Below, one piece after another: positions 49,052 through 57,942 of a DNA stretch of 64,000 bases (the first letter of the stretch is position 1; the number at the start of each line of letters is the position of its first letter). The DNA comes from Alphaproteobacteria bacterium. GTDB lineage: Bacteria > Pseudomonadota > Alphaproteobacteria > CALKHQ01. The stretch is from NCBI GenBank assembly GCA_965227515.1, contig CBDDFZ010000001.1, positions 736,001 to 800,000 on the forward strand, in the 5' to 3' direction. A program made the translations under genes and the position numbers. The notes below the pieces were generated by a model. The model saw only the letters and a program-made list of their open reading frames with translations. It was not told the origin of the DNA and ran no database searches.

Positions 49052-49105
49052 AGCCTGGGTGAAACGAAGCGGAACCCGGGTTTCACTGCGTTCCACCCGG
49101 GTTAC
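49052..49105. repeat. Right part of the GTAG REP interrupted by the IS (left GTAG at 47621-47624)
   Basis: Reconstituted sequence is 49/56 identical to the reverse complement of 14225-14280. Confidence 0.9.
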
Positions 49106-49118
49106 GAGAGCTTGCCGC

Positions 49119-49973
49119 CTACAACGACCGCAAATACGCAATCAACGCCGCCATGTCCTCGTCGGTCATGTTGGCGTAGGCGTAGGTGCCCATCGGCGGC
49201 AGCAGCTGCGAGCCGTCGGGCCGCACGCCGGTGGTGATGATCTGGACCAGCTCCTCGTCTGAATAGCGCTCCAGGGCCGCTCCGGTGATCGGCGGCGAGA
49301 CGCTGACGCCCCACGGGCCGTGGAACGGGAAGCCGCCCTGGTTCAGCGCGTTCTCCAGGTCGGGCGCGCCCATTGGGCCGGGCGACGAGTGGCACTCGGT
49401 GCAGTGGCCGAGCGGGCCTGCCAGGTATTCGCCATACGCCAACTGATCGGCTGGGTCGACGTCGGCCACGCTGTCGATCGGCGGGCCGTAGGCGGGCGGC
49501 AGTGGCACGTGGTACTCGGACGGCTGCACCTCGTTCTCCACCGCCGGCACTTGCCTGAGATAGGCGATGATCGCGTCGACATCGTTGTCGGAAAGCCCGC
49601 GATAGACCTGGCACGGCATCGGCGGGCCGATGATGGCCCCGTCCGGCCGCAGGCACTCGCGGATGGCGCGCGCGATATCCTCGTCGCTCCAGGTCCCGAT
49701 GCCGGTTCCCTCGTCGGGCGTGATGTTCGGCGTGAAGACCATGAACACGCCGGGTTCCTCGATCGGCAGGCCGCCGGCCAGTTCCATGCCGGGGATCAGC
49801 CCGTCCTGGTTTTGCGGCGTGTGGCAGTTGCCGCAATTGACGATGGACTGCATCAGGTAGGTGCCGCGCTCCAGCGGCGTTTGCCCGGTCGCCACGGACG
49901 CGCCGGTCGCCAGGCACAAAAAAACGGCCGCGGCAGATGCGCCACGAACCGTCCACTTCCCACCGAACTGCAT
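49119..49973 (-). CDS. Diheme cytochrome c
   Basis: Signal peptide, 'CGNCH' and 'CTECH' heme motifs, 'PNITPD'. Confidence 0.9.
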   Translation of the reverse strand: MQFGGKWTVRGASAAAVFLCLATGASVATGQTPLERGTYLMQSIVNCGNCHTPQNQDGLIPGMELAGGLPIEEPGVFMVFTPNITPDEGTGIGTWSDEDIARAIRECLRPDGAIIGPPMPCQVYRGLSDNDVDAIIAYLRQVPAVENEVQPSEYHVPLPPAYGPPIDSVADVDPADQLAYGEYLAGPLGHCTECHSSPGPMGAPDLENALNQGGFPFHGPWGVSVSPPITGAALERYSDEELVQIITTGVRPDGSQLLPPMGTYAYANMTDEDMAALIAYLRSL

Positions 49974-50070
49974 TGAACCCTCCCCAATTTATTTTGTTCG
50001 ATTTCGCGCCATTCGCGGGCGCCACGCAAGGGAAATATTTTGATGTTCGTGTCCGGCGCGGTCCCGGGCG

Positions 50071-50436
50071 TCACGCGGTGCCGGGCCCCGGTTGCCACAG
50101 TTCGATCGGGTTGCCTTCGGGATCGTGGATGCGGGCGAAACGGCCGATCTCGACACTGTCCCATTCGGCGCGGGTCTCGACCGCGATGCCGGCGGCTTCA
50201 AACTGGGCGATCATCGCGTCCAGGTCGTCGACGCGGAAGTTGATCATCCATTGCTGCTCGGCCCGGCCGAAATAGTCGGTGTCCCGGTCGAACGGCGCGA
50301 ACACGGTGGTGCCGGCCTGCTGCTGCCAAGGCGGCACGCCGGCGTCGACGCCCAGGTGGTCCTTGTACCATTGCACCAGCGCGTCCGGGTCGCGCGCGCG
50401 AAAGAACACCCCGCCGATCCCGTTCACCTTCTGCAT
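50071..50436 (-). CDS. VOC/glyoxalase family protein
   Basis: 'GIGGVFFRARDP', 'NFRVDDLD', 'DPEGNPIELWQP'. Confidence 0.9.
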   Translation of the reverse strand: MQKVNGIGGVFFRARDPDALVQWYKDHLGVDAGVPPWQQQAGTTVFAPFDRDTDYFGRAEQQWMINFRVDDLDAMIAQFEAAGIAVETRAEWDSVEIGRFARIHDPEGNPIELWQPGPGTA

Positions 50437-50563
50437 GACGTTGTCCCTCTTGGTCGCGGAGACTCTACCTTGTCGTGAGATTGCACTTGATTGCCGGCCA
50501 CGCCACAACGACATTAGACAATATGGACGATTTGTCCATTCCAGGATCAGGGGAGTCACGAAG

Positions 50564-50815
50564 ATGCGCACGATGTCTGCCACGGAAGCCAAACAGGCGT
50601 TCGGGCGTGCATTGGATATCGCCCAGCGGGAGCCGGTGGTGATCCGCAAGCAGAACCGCGACGTCGCCGTTCTGGTGTCCGCGCAAGACTATCAAGAACT
50701 GCGCAGGGCGCGCATTGCAGAGCTGGAGGCGCTTTGCGACGACATTGCCGCGGATGTGGCGCGCAAAGGGATGACGGAAGAACTGTATGCAGAGCTGATG
50801 AAGGATGTCGATTGA
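50564..50815 (+). CDS. Phd/YefM family antitoxin
   Basis: 'MSATEAKQAFGRALDIAQREPVVIRKQNRDVAVLVS'. Confidence 0.9.
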   Translation: MRTMSATEAKQAFGRALDIAQREPVVIRKQNRDVAVLVSAQDYQELRRARIAELEALCDDIAADVARKGMTEELYAELMKDVD

Positions 50816-51221
50816 GCGGGTGGTTCTGGATACCAACGTTCTGGTCAGCCGCCTCATCAAGCCGTCATCGGGCGCCGGCCAAGCTGTCTCGCTGGCGTTC
50901 AGACGGCACCTGGTCCTGACATCGGAAGCGCTCCTGTTCGAGATTGTCGATGTCCTCAGCAGGCCCAAATTCGCTTCGACCATCGAGGTGCCCGCCGCAC
51001 GGGCCCTGATACGCGCATTGGCAGGTGCGACCGAGCGCATTGCGATCAGCACCGATGTCGACGTCTGCCGCGACCCCAAGGACAACCATGTGCTTGCTCT
51101 GGCGCTGGATGGCATGGCGAGTGTCGTCATTACCGGCGACAGCGACCTGCTGGCTTTGCATCCGTTCAGAGGCATTCCAATTGTCACGCCGCGGCATTTC
51201 CTGGAATTGGACGCCGGCTGA
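50805..51221 (+). CDS. PIN-domain toxin
   Basis: 'VVLDTNVLVS', 'CRDPKDN', 'ITGDSDLL'; overlaps the antitoxin gene. Confidence 0.9.
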   Translation: MSIERVVLDTNVLVSRLIKPSSGAGQAVSLAFRRHLVLTSEALLFEIVDVLSRPKFASTIEVPAARALIRALAGATERIAISTDVDVCRDPKDNHVLALALDGMASVVITGDSDLLALHPFRGIPIVTPRHFLELDAG

Positions 51222-51323
51222 CCCTGCCCTCCACACGGCACGGCACGACCCCGTCCCGCCAACACACTGTCGCCGCATTTGCCGCCAACCGTGCCGCCAT
51301 CAACGATTTGCGGAGGTGTGGCG

Positions 51324-52658
51324 ATGAACGGTGTGCGGATCGGGCTCGGCATGGCGGCGGCTGCCGTCGGGCTGGCGATGTCGGCTGGGGCGGCCCAGGC
51401 GTTTTGCGGGTTCTACGTGGCCCAGGCGGGCACCGACCTGTTCAACGAGGCGTCCAAGGTCATCTACGTGCGCGACGGCGACCGCTCGGTCATCACCATG
51501 GCCAACGACTATCAGGGCGAGCTGACCGAGTTCGCGCTGGTGGTGCCGGTGCCCACGGTGCTGCGCGAGCAGGACATCGACGTGGTCGACCCGGCGGTCA
51601 TCGACCACCTGGACGCCTACACCGCGCCGCGACTGGTCGAGTATCACGATTTCGACCCGTGTGAGCCATTGCCGCTGCCGACCGTTGGCGCGACCTCTGC
51701 ACCGGAAATGGTCGACAGCGCGCCATCGCTCGGTGCCGCCGGCCTCGGCGTGACCATCGAGGCCGAGTACACCGTCGGCGAGTACGACATTCTCATTCTG
51801 TCGGCCGCCGAGAGTGCCGGCCTGCAACTGTGGCTTTCGGCCAACGGCTATCAGGTGCCGCCCCAGGCCGAGCCGGTGCTGGCTGACTACATCTCCGCCG
51901 GCATGAAGTTCTTCGTCGCGCGGGTGAACCTGAAGGAGCAGTCGGCGCTGGGCTACAGCTATTTGCGGCCATTGCAGATCTCGACCGTCTCGCCGGAGTT
52001 CATGCTGCCGATCCGCCTCGGCATGGTGAACGCGAAGGGCCCGCAGGAGCTGTTCGTGTTCATGCTGAACCGCACCGGCCAGGTGGTGACCGTGCATACC
52101 CCGACGGTGCAACTGCCGACCGGCTCCAACGTGCCGCTCTACGTCGCCGACAATTTCGACGACTTCTACCTCGCGATGTTCGACCAGCAGGTGGAGCGCA
52201 ACAACATGCGCTCGGTGTTCATGGAGTACGCGTGGGACATGGCGTGGTGTGATCCCTGCGCGGCCGATCCCCTGTCCGCCAGCGAGCTCAGCCAGCTTGG
52301 CGTGTGGTGGGCCGATGGCGGCGACGGCCAGGCGCCCGACGTGTTCGTCACCCGGCTGCACCTGCGCTACTCCGCCGAGTCCTTCGCCAACGACCTGGTG
52401 TTCCGCGAGACCGGCAATCGCGACAACTTCCAGGGCCGCTATGTGCTGAACCATCCGTTCCGCGGGCCGGCCACCTGCGAGGCCGCGGAGTCATACTTCC
52501 GCAGCCTGCCCAGCCGGTTCGAGACCGAGGCGCAGTCGCTGGCGCAGCTTACCGGCTGGTCGATCAACGAGATCCGCCGCCAGATGGAGGCGAATGGCCA
52601 GCCGTTCGATGCCCATCGCGCCGCCGATGACGACGACTTCTGGGACGACCACCAATAG
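51324..52658 (+). CDS. DUF2330 family secreted protein
   Basis: Signal peptide then 'FCGFYVA', 'YTAPRLVEY', 'EYAWDMAWCDPCAADP', 'NFQGRY'. Confidence 0.85.
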   Translation: MNGVRIGLGMAAAAVGLAMSAGAAQAFCGFYVAQAGTDLFNEASKVIYVRDGDRSVITMANDYQGELTEFALVVPVPTVLREQDIDVVDPAVIDHLDAYTAPRLVEYHDFDPCEPLPLPTVGATSAPEMVDSAPSLGAAGLGVTIEAEYTVGEYDILILSAAESAGLQLWLSANGYQVPPQAEPVLADYISAGMKFFVARVNLKEQSALGYSYLRPLQISTVSPEFMLPIRLGMVNAKGPQELFVFMLNRTGQVVTVHTPTVQLPTGSNVPLYVADNFDDFYLAMFDQQVERNNMRSVFMEYAWDMAWCDPCAADPLSASELSQLGVWWADGGDGQAPDVFVTRLHLRYSAESFANDLVFRETGNRDNFQGRYVLNHPFRGPATCEAAESYFRSLPSRFETEAQSLAQLTGWSINEIRRQMEANGQPFDAHRAADDDDFWDDHQ

Positions 52659-53163
52659 CGATGGGGCGCCAGCGGCGGTTCGGATCAGGGCGGCCGCCGC
52701 GCCCGACGCCGATGCGCTGACCGCCCTGGCCCGCCGGTCGAAGGCGGCCTGGGGCTATCCGCCCGAGATGACCGCCCGGTTCGCGGCCGAACTGACGGTG
52801 ACGCCGGAGTTGATCGCGCAGGGGCACACCTTCGTTGCGCAGTGCCCCGACGGCGGCCCGGTTCTCGGCTTCTATGAGCTTGCGATGCTGGGCGATGGCC
52901 AAGCCGAAATCGGCTTCATGTTCATCGACCCGGCCCATATGCGCGCCGGCATCGGCCGCGCGCTGTGGGCGCACATGGTCGCCCATGCCGCGTCCCAGGA
53001 CGTGCGGGTCATCGAGATCGACGCCGACCCCAACGCCGCCGGCTTCTATCGCGCCATGGGCGCGGTCGACCGTGGCGCACGGCCCTCTGCCAGCATTCCC
53101 GGCCGTATGCTGCCGTATCTCGCGTACAAGGTGTCCGCCCAGGACCCCAAGACTCGAATGTAA
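52594..53163 (+). CDS. GNAT acetyltransferase
   Basis: 'SKAAWGY', 'FIDPAHMRAGIGRAL', 'DADPNAAGFYRAMG'; start uncertain (ORF overlaps the upstream gene). Confidence 0.8.
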   Translation: MASRSMPIAPPMTTTSGTTTNSDGAPAAVRIRAAAAPDADALTALARRSKAAWGYPPEMTARFAAELTVTPELIAQGHTFVAQCPDGGPVLGFYELAMLGDGQAEIGFMFIDPAHMRAGIGRALWAHMVAHAASQDVRVIEIDADPNAAGFYRAMGAVDRGARPSASIPGRMLPYLAYKVSAQDPKTRM

Positions 53164-53279
53164 TAAAACAGCAACGAGTTGAGATTTGCGGGCGCGTTTG
53201 ACTGCAAAGCGATTGATGTTCCGGCTGTCATCCGCTAAAATACATTGATACTGAAGAAGATATTTCAGGAGTCATTGGC

Positions 53280-54425
53280 ATGCGCATCGCGGCCTTCAAT
53301 GTCGAGAACCTGTTCGATCGCGCCAAGGTATTCAACGACACCGACCCCACGGCCCATCAGGACGTGTTGGACGCCCATGCGGCCCTGAACAAGCTGTTCG
53401 AAAAACCGGCCTACAGCGATGCCGACAAGGCGCGCATGCTCCAGTTGTTCGACACGCTCGGCATTCTGAAACGCGACGAGGGCCGGTTCGTCCATTTGCG
53501 CAAGATCCGCGGCAGGATCGTCACCCGGCCCCGCAGCGGCCCGCCGCGCATCGTCGCCGACGGACGCGACGACTGGGTCGGCTGGGTCGAACTGAAGACC
53601 GAGCCGGTGAACGAGGTCGCGATGATGAACACCGCCCGCATGGTGCGCGACGCTGCGGCGGACGTGCTGGCGGTGGTGGAGGCGGAAAGCCGCGTGGTGC
53701 TGAAGGAGTTCCACGACATGGTGCTGACCGAGGTCGGGGTGCCTGCCGGCCAGGGGTACCGGCATATCATGGTGATCGACGGCAATGACGGGCGTGGCAT
53801 CGACGTCGGCCTTGCCACCCGCGACGGCTATCCGATCGGCTGCATGCGCAGCCACGTCGACGACCTGAAGCCGGACGGTCAGCCGATCTTCAGCCGTGAC
53901 TGCCCGGAATATGAGGTGACGACGCCGTCGGGCGCGCGGTTGGTGGTGCTGCCCAATCACTTCAAGTCGAAGTACGGCGGCAACGACGCCGCCAGCCGCT
54001 ACAAGCGCCGCGCGCAGGCCGAGGCCACCGCCAACTACTACCGGCGTTTGCGCGACGAGGGCTTCGACAATGTGATCGTGCTGGGCGATTTGAACGACAC
54101 GCCGGACAGCGAGGAGTTGGCGCCGCTGCTCTCAGGCACCGACCTGAAGGACGTGTCCGGGCACCCGTACTTCACCGCGTTCCAGTTCCGCGCCGACAAC
54201 GGCCATCGCGGCATCGGCACCCATGGGCTGGGCAACGACAACACCAAGATCGACTATCTGCTGCTGTCGCCGGCCCTGTACGGGCGCGTGACCCTGGGCG
54301 GGCTGGAGCGGCGAGGCATCTGGCCCGGCAAGCGGGTCAAGCGGTGGGACACCTATCCGCAGCTGAGATACGAGCACCACGCCGCATCCGACCATCACCT
54401 GATCTGGGCGGACATCGACATTTGA
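53280..54425 (+). CDS. Endonuclease/exonuclease/phosphatase (EEP) family protein
   Basis: 'FNVENLF', 'NHFKSK', 'GDLND', 'IDYLL', 'SDH'. Confidence 0.9.
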   Translation: MRIAAFNVENLFDRAKVFNDTDPTAHQDVLDAHAALNKLFEKPAYSDADKARMLQLFDTLGILKRDEGRFVHLRKIRGRIVTRPRSGPPRIVADGRDDWVGWVELKTEPVNEVAMMNTARMVRDAAADVLAVVEAESRVVLKEFHDMVLTEVGVPAGQGYRHIMVIDGNDGRGIDVGLATRDGYPIGCMRSHVDDLKPDGQPIFSRDCPEYEVTTPSGARLVVLPNHFKSKYGGNDAASRYKRRAQAEATANYYRRLRDEGFDNVIVLGDLNDTPDSEELAPLLSGTDLKDVSGHPYFTAFQFRADNGHRGIGTHGLGNDNTKIDYLLLSPALYGRVTLGGLERRGIWPGKRVKRWDTYPQLRYEHHAASDHHLIWADIDI

Positions 54426-54482
54426 CGTTGCCCGCGCCGCATGCGGAGATGTGCACCTGCCACTTCACTGCGGACGAGCATC

Positions 54483-55379
54483 ATGACCGAACCACGCTTC
54501 CCAGATGGCGTCGCCTATGTACGCGGCGACTACCGGCCGATGGCCGAGGCGACGATCTCGGTGCTCGACTGGGGCTTTCTGCGCTCCGACGCCACCTATG
54601 ACGTGGTGCACGTCTGGCAACGGCGCTTCTTCCGGCCCGATGCCCATGTCGACCGCTTCCTGCGCTCCTTGGAACGGCTGCGGCTCAGCCTGCCGGTGGA
54701 CCGCGACGGGCTGATCGACATCCTGAAGACCTGCACCGCCAAGGCCGGCCACGACGACGCCTATGTCGAGATGATCTGCACCCGCGGGTTCTCGCCCACC
54801 TTCAGCCGCGACCCGCGCGATGCCGACAACCAACTGATCGTGTTCGCGATCCCGTTCGGGTGGATTCTGCGGCCGGAGGAACGCGACCGTGGCCTCGACA
54901 TCATCATCAGCGACATCCCGCGCATCCCGCCCGCGTCCGTCGACCCGACGGTGAAGAACTATCACTGGCTGGACCTGGTGATGGGGCTCTACGACGCCTA
55001 TGACAAGGGCGCCAGCAACGTGGTGCTGGGCGATGGCGCCGGCAACGTCACCGAAGGGCCGGGCTTCAACGTGTTCGCGGTCCAGGGCGGCGCGGTGGCG
55101 ACGCCCGCCGTCGGCACCCTGGAAGGCATCACCCGCGACACCACGCTGAAGCTCTGCGCCGAGCTCGGCATCCCGGCGGAGACGCGGCTGGTGTCCGCCG
55201 ACGAGCTGCGCGGGGCCGACGAAGTGTTCATCACCTCGACCGCAGGCGGCATTATCCCCGTCACCCGCATCGACGGTGCGGCGGTGGGCGATGGGGCAGC
55301 GGGGCCGGTCTATCGCCGGCTGGTCGACCTCTATTGGGCGAAGCACACCGATCCGGCCTGGACGACGCCGGTGGACTGA
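54483..55379 (+). CDS. Class IV PLP aminotransferase, (R)-amine transaminase-like
   Basis: 'LDWGFLRSDATYDV', 'YVEMICTRG', 'DPTVKNYHWLD', 'EGPGFN', 'LEGITR'. Confidence 0.85.
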   Translation: MTEPRFPDGVAYVRGDYRPMAEATISVLDWGFLRSDATYDVVHVWQRRFFRPDAHVDRFLRSLERLRLSLPVDRDGLIDILKTCTAKAGHDDAYVEMICTRGFSPTFSRDPRDADNQLIVFAIPFGWILRPEERDRGLDIIISDIPRIPPASVDPTVKNYHWLDLVMGLYDAYDKGASNVVLGDGAGNVTEGPGFNVFAVQGGAVATPAVGTLEGITRDTTLKLCAELGIPAETRLVSADELRGADEVFITSTAGGIIPVTRIDGAAVGDGAAGPVYRRLVDLYWAKHTDPAWTTPVD

Positions 55380-55469
55380 ACGGCAACGGCTCCAGCAGGC
55401 TGCTGGATTCCGTAATTCGCCACAATTTGTTGCTAGAGCGCGCTTGCGGCTCCAGCAGGAGTGCAGACC

Positions 55470-56189
55470 ATGCCAGTTCTCAGCAGACGAGCATTCGTTG
55501 GCGGCAGCATCGCGGCCATGGGCCTCGCAGGCTCAGGTGCGGGCGCCCTGGCCGCCGGTTATGAAACATACGGTGACCTGCCCTGGTGGGTGCACCGGCT
55601 CGACGTTCTCGCGACGCTGCTGCGCAATGGCGGGATCGACCGCGAATATTGGCAGGGCAGCATGGAGGATGAGCTCCACGCCGTGGCGTTCGATAGTTTC
55701 GCCGCCGACATCGGTTTTGACCGGTTGCGACAAGACGCAACGTTCGCGGCGCGCGGACCTGCGCGCATTCCGATTGATTTTGACGGATTGGATCGCGCAC
55801 TCAATGTCGCGTTCGAGCTGGTTGCCCTCGATACCGGTCGCGGCATCGCACCCCATTTTCACAGCAATCGGGTTTGGGCGCAGGTCACATTGGCCGGCGC
55901 GTTCCATGTCCGCCGCTTCACCACGCTTGAGCAAGACGCCGAGACGGTCTTGCTCGATCGCCACATGGACATCGTTCTGGGCGACTACACGATCCTGTCG
56001 TACGGCGCAGGCCACGGCAACGTTGCCTGGCAGGTCGCCACCGACCCCACATTCCTGCTGGAAATGAGCGTCACGCTGCCGGGCGACGAGATCTCGTACG
56101 TGGATATCGAGGCCGCGACGGAAGTGGAGGATGAGCGTCTACGCGCGCCACTGATCGACGATGCAACCGCGCTGGCGAAATACGGCTGA
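55470..56189 (+). CDS. Tat-exported hypothetical protein with cupin-like HxH motif
   Basis: 'SRRAFV' twin-arginine signal, 'IAPHFHSN'. Confidence 0.55.
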   Translation: MPVLSRRAFVGGSIAAMGLAGSGAGALAAGYETYGDLPWWVHRLDVLATLLRNGGIDREYWQGSMEDELHAVAFDSFAADIGFDRLRQDATFAARGPARIPIDFDGLDRALNVAFELVALDTGRGIAPHFHSNRVWAQVTLAGAFHVRRFTTLEQDAETVLLDRHMDIVLGDYTILSYGAGHGNVAWQVATDPTFLLEMSVTLPGDEISYVDIEAATEVEDERLRAPLIDDATALAKYG

Positions 56190-56264
56190 GGTCCGATCAC
56201 GTTTTCCGCGGCCGTTGACTATGTAAGCAAGTGCTTACATATTGGTGCAAGGAGGACTTGCACC

Positions 56265-56951
56265 ATGATCAGTCTGCACGACCGCCGCTATCCCGGCGAA
56301 ACCGATGCCTACCGCGCGGCCCGCGACGCCCTGCTGGCCGAGGAGATGGCGCTGCGCCGCCAGGTCGAAGCCGTGGCGCGGCACCGCCGCGACATGCCGC
56401 TCGGCGGGCGGGTGGCCCGGGACTATGTCTTTTCAGACGCTCGTGTCGGCGGCGATGGCGGCGCGGTCGCATTCAGCGCGCTATTTCAGGACGGCAAGGA
56501 TTCGCTGGTCGTCTACAGCCTGATGTACCGGTCCGGCGCCAAGCCGTGCCCGATGTGCACCGCGTTCCTGGACAGCCTGAACGGCAATGCCGTGCACATC
56601 CGCCAGCGGGTCAACCTGGCGGTGGTGGCGCGTGCCTCGGTCGGGGAGCTGCAGGACTTCGCGGCATCACGCGGCTGGGACCGCCTGCCGCTGCTGTCCT
56701 CGGCCGACAACACCTACAACACGGACTACTTCGCCGAAGCGCCGGATGGCGACCAGCTGCCGGCGCTGAACGTGTTCGAGCGCACCGGCGACGGCATCTT
56801 CCACACCTACGGCACCGAGATGTTCTTCGTCAGCCCGGAAGCGGGACAGCATCCGCGCCATGTCGATGCGCTGTGGCCGCTGTGGAATGTGTTCGACCTG
56901 ACCCGCGCCGGCCGCGGGGAGAACTGGTGGCCACAGCCGAGCTACGGGTAG
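56265..56951 (+). CDS. DUF899 thioredoxin-like protein
   Basis: 'YRAARDALLAEE', 'CPMC', 'WNVFDLT..GR'. Confidence 0.88.
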   Translation: MISLHDRRYPGETDAYRAARDALLAEEMALRRQVEAVARHRRDMPLGGRVARDYVFSDARVGGDGGAVAFSALFQDGKDSLVVYSLMYRSGAKPCPMCTAFLDSLNGNAVHIRQRVNLAVVARASVGELQDFAASRGWDRLPLLSSADNTYNTDYFAEAPDGDQLPALNVFERTGDGIFHTYGTEMFFVSPEAGQHPRHVDALWPLWNVFDLTRAGRGENWWPQPSYG

Positions 56952-56958
56952 GGCAGCG

Positions 56959-57020
56959 GCGCGACCGCATGGAAATGGGAGAGGGCTGGCGCAGATTCAG
57001 CGTAAGCTGATCCCGGTCTA
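56959..57020. repeat. TAGAGC...GATCTA MITE-like element, truncated copy 4
   Basis: GAGAGGGCTGGCGCAGATTCAGCGTAAGCTGATCCCG identical to 5420-5456. Confidence 0.8.
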
Positions 57021-57779
57021 AGCCGCCTTGCGGGAATCGCTCTGGCCGCTGACCGTCACGACCTTCATGCCGATGTTGGTGAAGATCGCCTTGCGCACCG
57101 CGGCCATGGTGTGGGCCTCGCCTGCGCCAAGCGGCGTGTCGATGGTGATGACCCGGCCGACGTGGTCACCGCCCCAGAAAGCGGCACTGACGATGTCGGA
57201 GCTCATGCGCAGATTGATGCCCCAGCTCTCGCCCAGGTGCTTGCCGCGCGCGATGCTCTGCGCGATCTGGCTGAACACCGGGAACGCCAGACTGCCGCCG
57301 GGCATGTACCAGACCAGGCGGCGCGCCGTCTTGGCCCAGCTCTCGTCGACGTTGGTCGCCATCGGCGGCGCGTTGAAGGTGACGAACGGCACCTTCGCCT
57401 GGTAGCCGACCACTTGCGCCAGCCCGCCGCCCAGCGAGTGGCCGCAGATCGAGATCGTCTTGGTGCCGAATTTCGCCTGCGCGAAGGCCAGCAACTGGGT
57501 CGCCGGCGTCACCTGTTTCGGTAGCTGGCCGACCGCGAGCCGGATGTCGGCGGCCACGTCCATCAGGCCCTGGCGCATGCCCTTCTCGGTCTCGGTGCCC
57601 TTGAACGCCACCACGCAGTCGCCGCCACGGATGTAGATGGCGCCCTTGAAGCCCTCCACCGGGTCGGTGACCATTCGCGCGCACTCGAAGCCAGGGACCA
57701 GCGTGTCGCCGCCGCCGATTTCCGAGACTTGGTAGACCTTCGAACAAATGTGGGCGTACTCGTTGAGCATCAGGGCCAT
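57018..57779 (-). CDS. Lipase class 3 / DUF2974-like alpha/beta hydrolase
   Basis: 'VVAFKGTE', nucleophile 'GHSLGG', 'TFNAP', 'DIVS', distal His; RBS AGGAGG. Confidence 0.8.
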   Translation of the reverse strand: MALMLNEYAHICSKVYQVSEIGGGDTLVPGFECARMVTDPVEGFKGAIYIRGGDCVVAFKGTETEKGMRQGLMDVAADIRLAVGQLPKQVTPATQLLAFAQAKFGTKTISICGHSLGGGLAQVVGYQAKVPFVTFNAPPMATNVDESWAKTARRLVWYMPGGSLAFPVFSQIAQSIARGKHLGESWGINLRMSSDIVSAAFWGGDHVGRVITIDTPLGAGEAHTMAAVRKAIFTNIGMKVVTVSGQSDSRKAA

Positions 57780-57942
57780 GGCCACCTCCTGCGCCGGCGG
57801 ATCGCGATACCGGCGCAGGCTACGCCCAATTCATTGTGCAATTGCTGATGCTGGCCCGAAATGTGGAGATGCATGCACCGGCGTTGGTGCGCCGGCAGCG
57901 GGGGCGTAGAATTACGGTCGCGCCGTAGTGGGAGGCTCGCGA

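Larger units (their letters stand above)
47625..49053 (+). mobile_element. IS110-family (IS1111-type) insertion sequence inserted in a GTAG REP
   Basis: AG core at both ends (47623-24, 49052-53); imperfect subterminal IRs 47631-47647 / 49031-49047 (12/17); long downstream non-coding end; excision restores a 56-bp REP. Confidence 0.9.

Noticed and set aside
46321-49053. Low-GC islet as IS cargo or composite transposon
   Set aside because: The IS left end maps to 47625 by REP reconstruction and there is no second IS copy flanking the islet.
50564-54425. TA pair plus EEP nuclease as a defence island
   Set aside because: Intervening genes (DUF2330, GNAT) and composition look ordinary; no other defence genes are clustered here.
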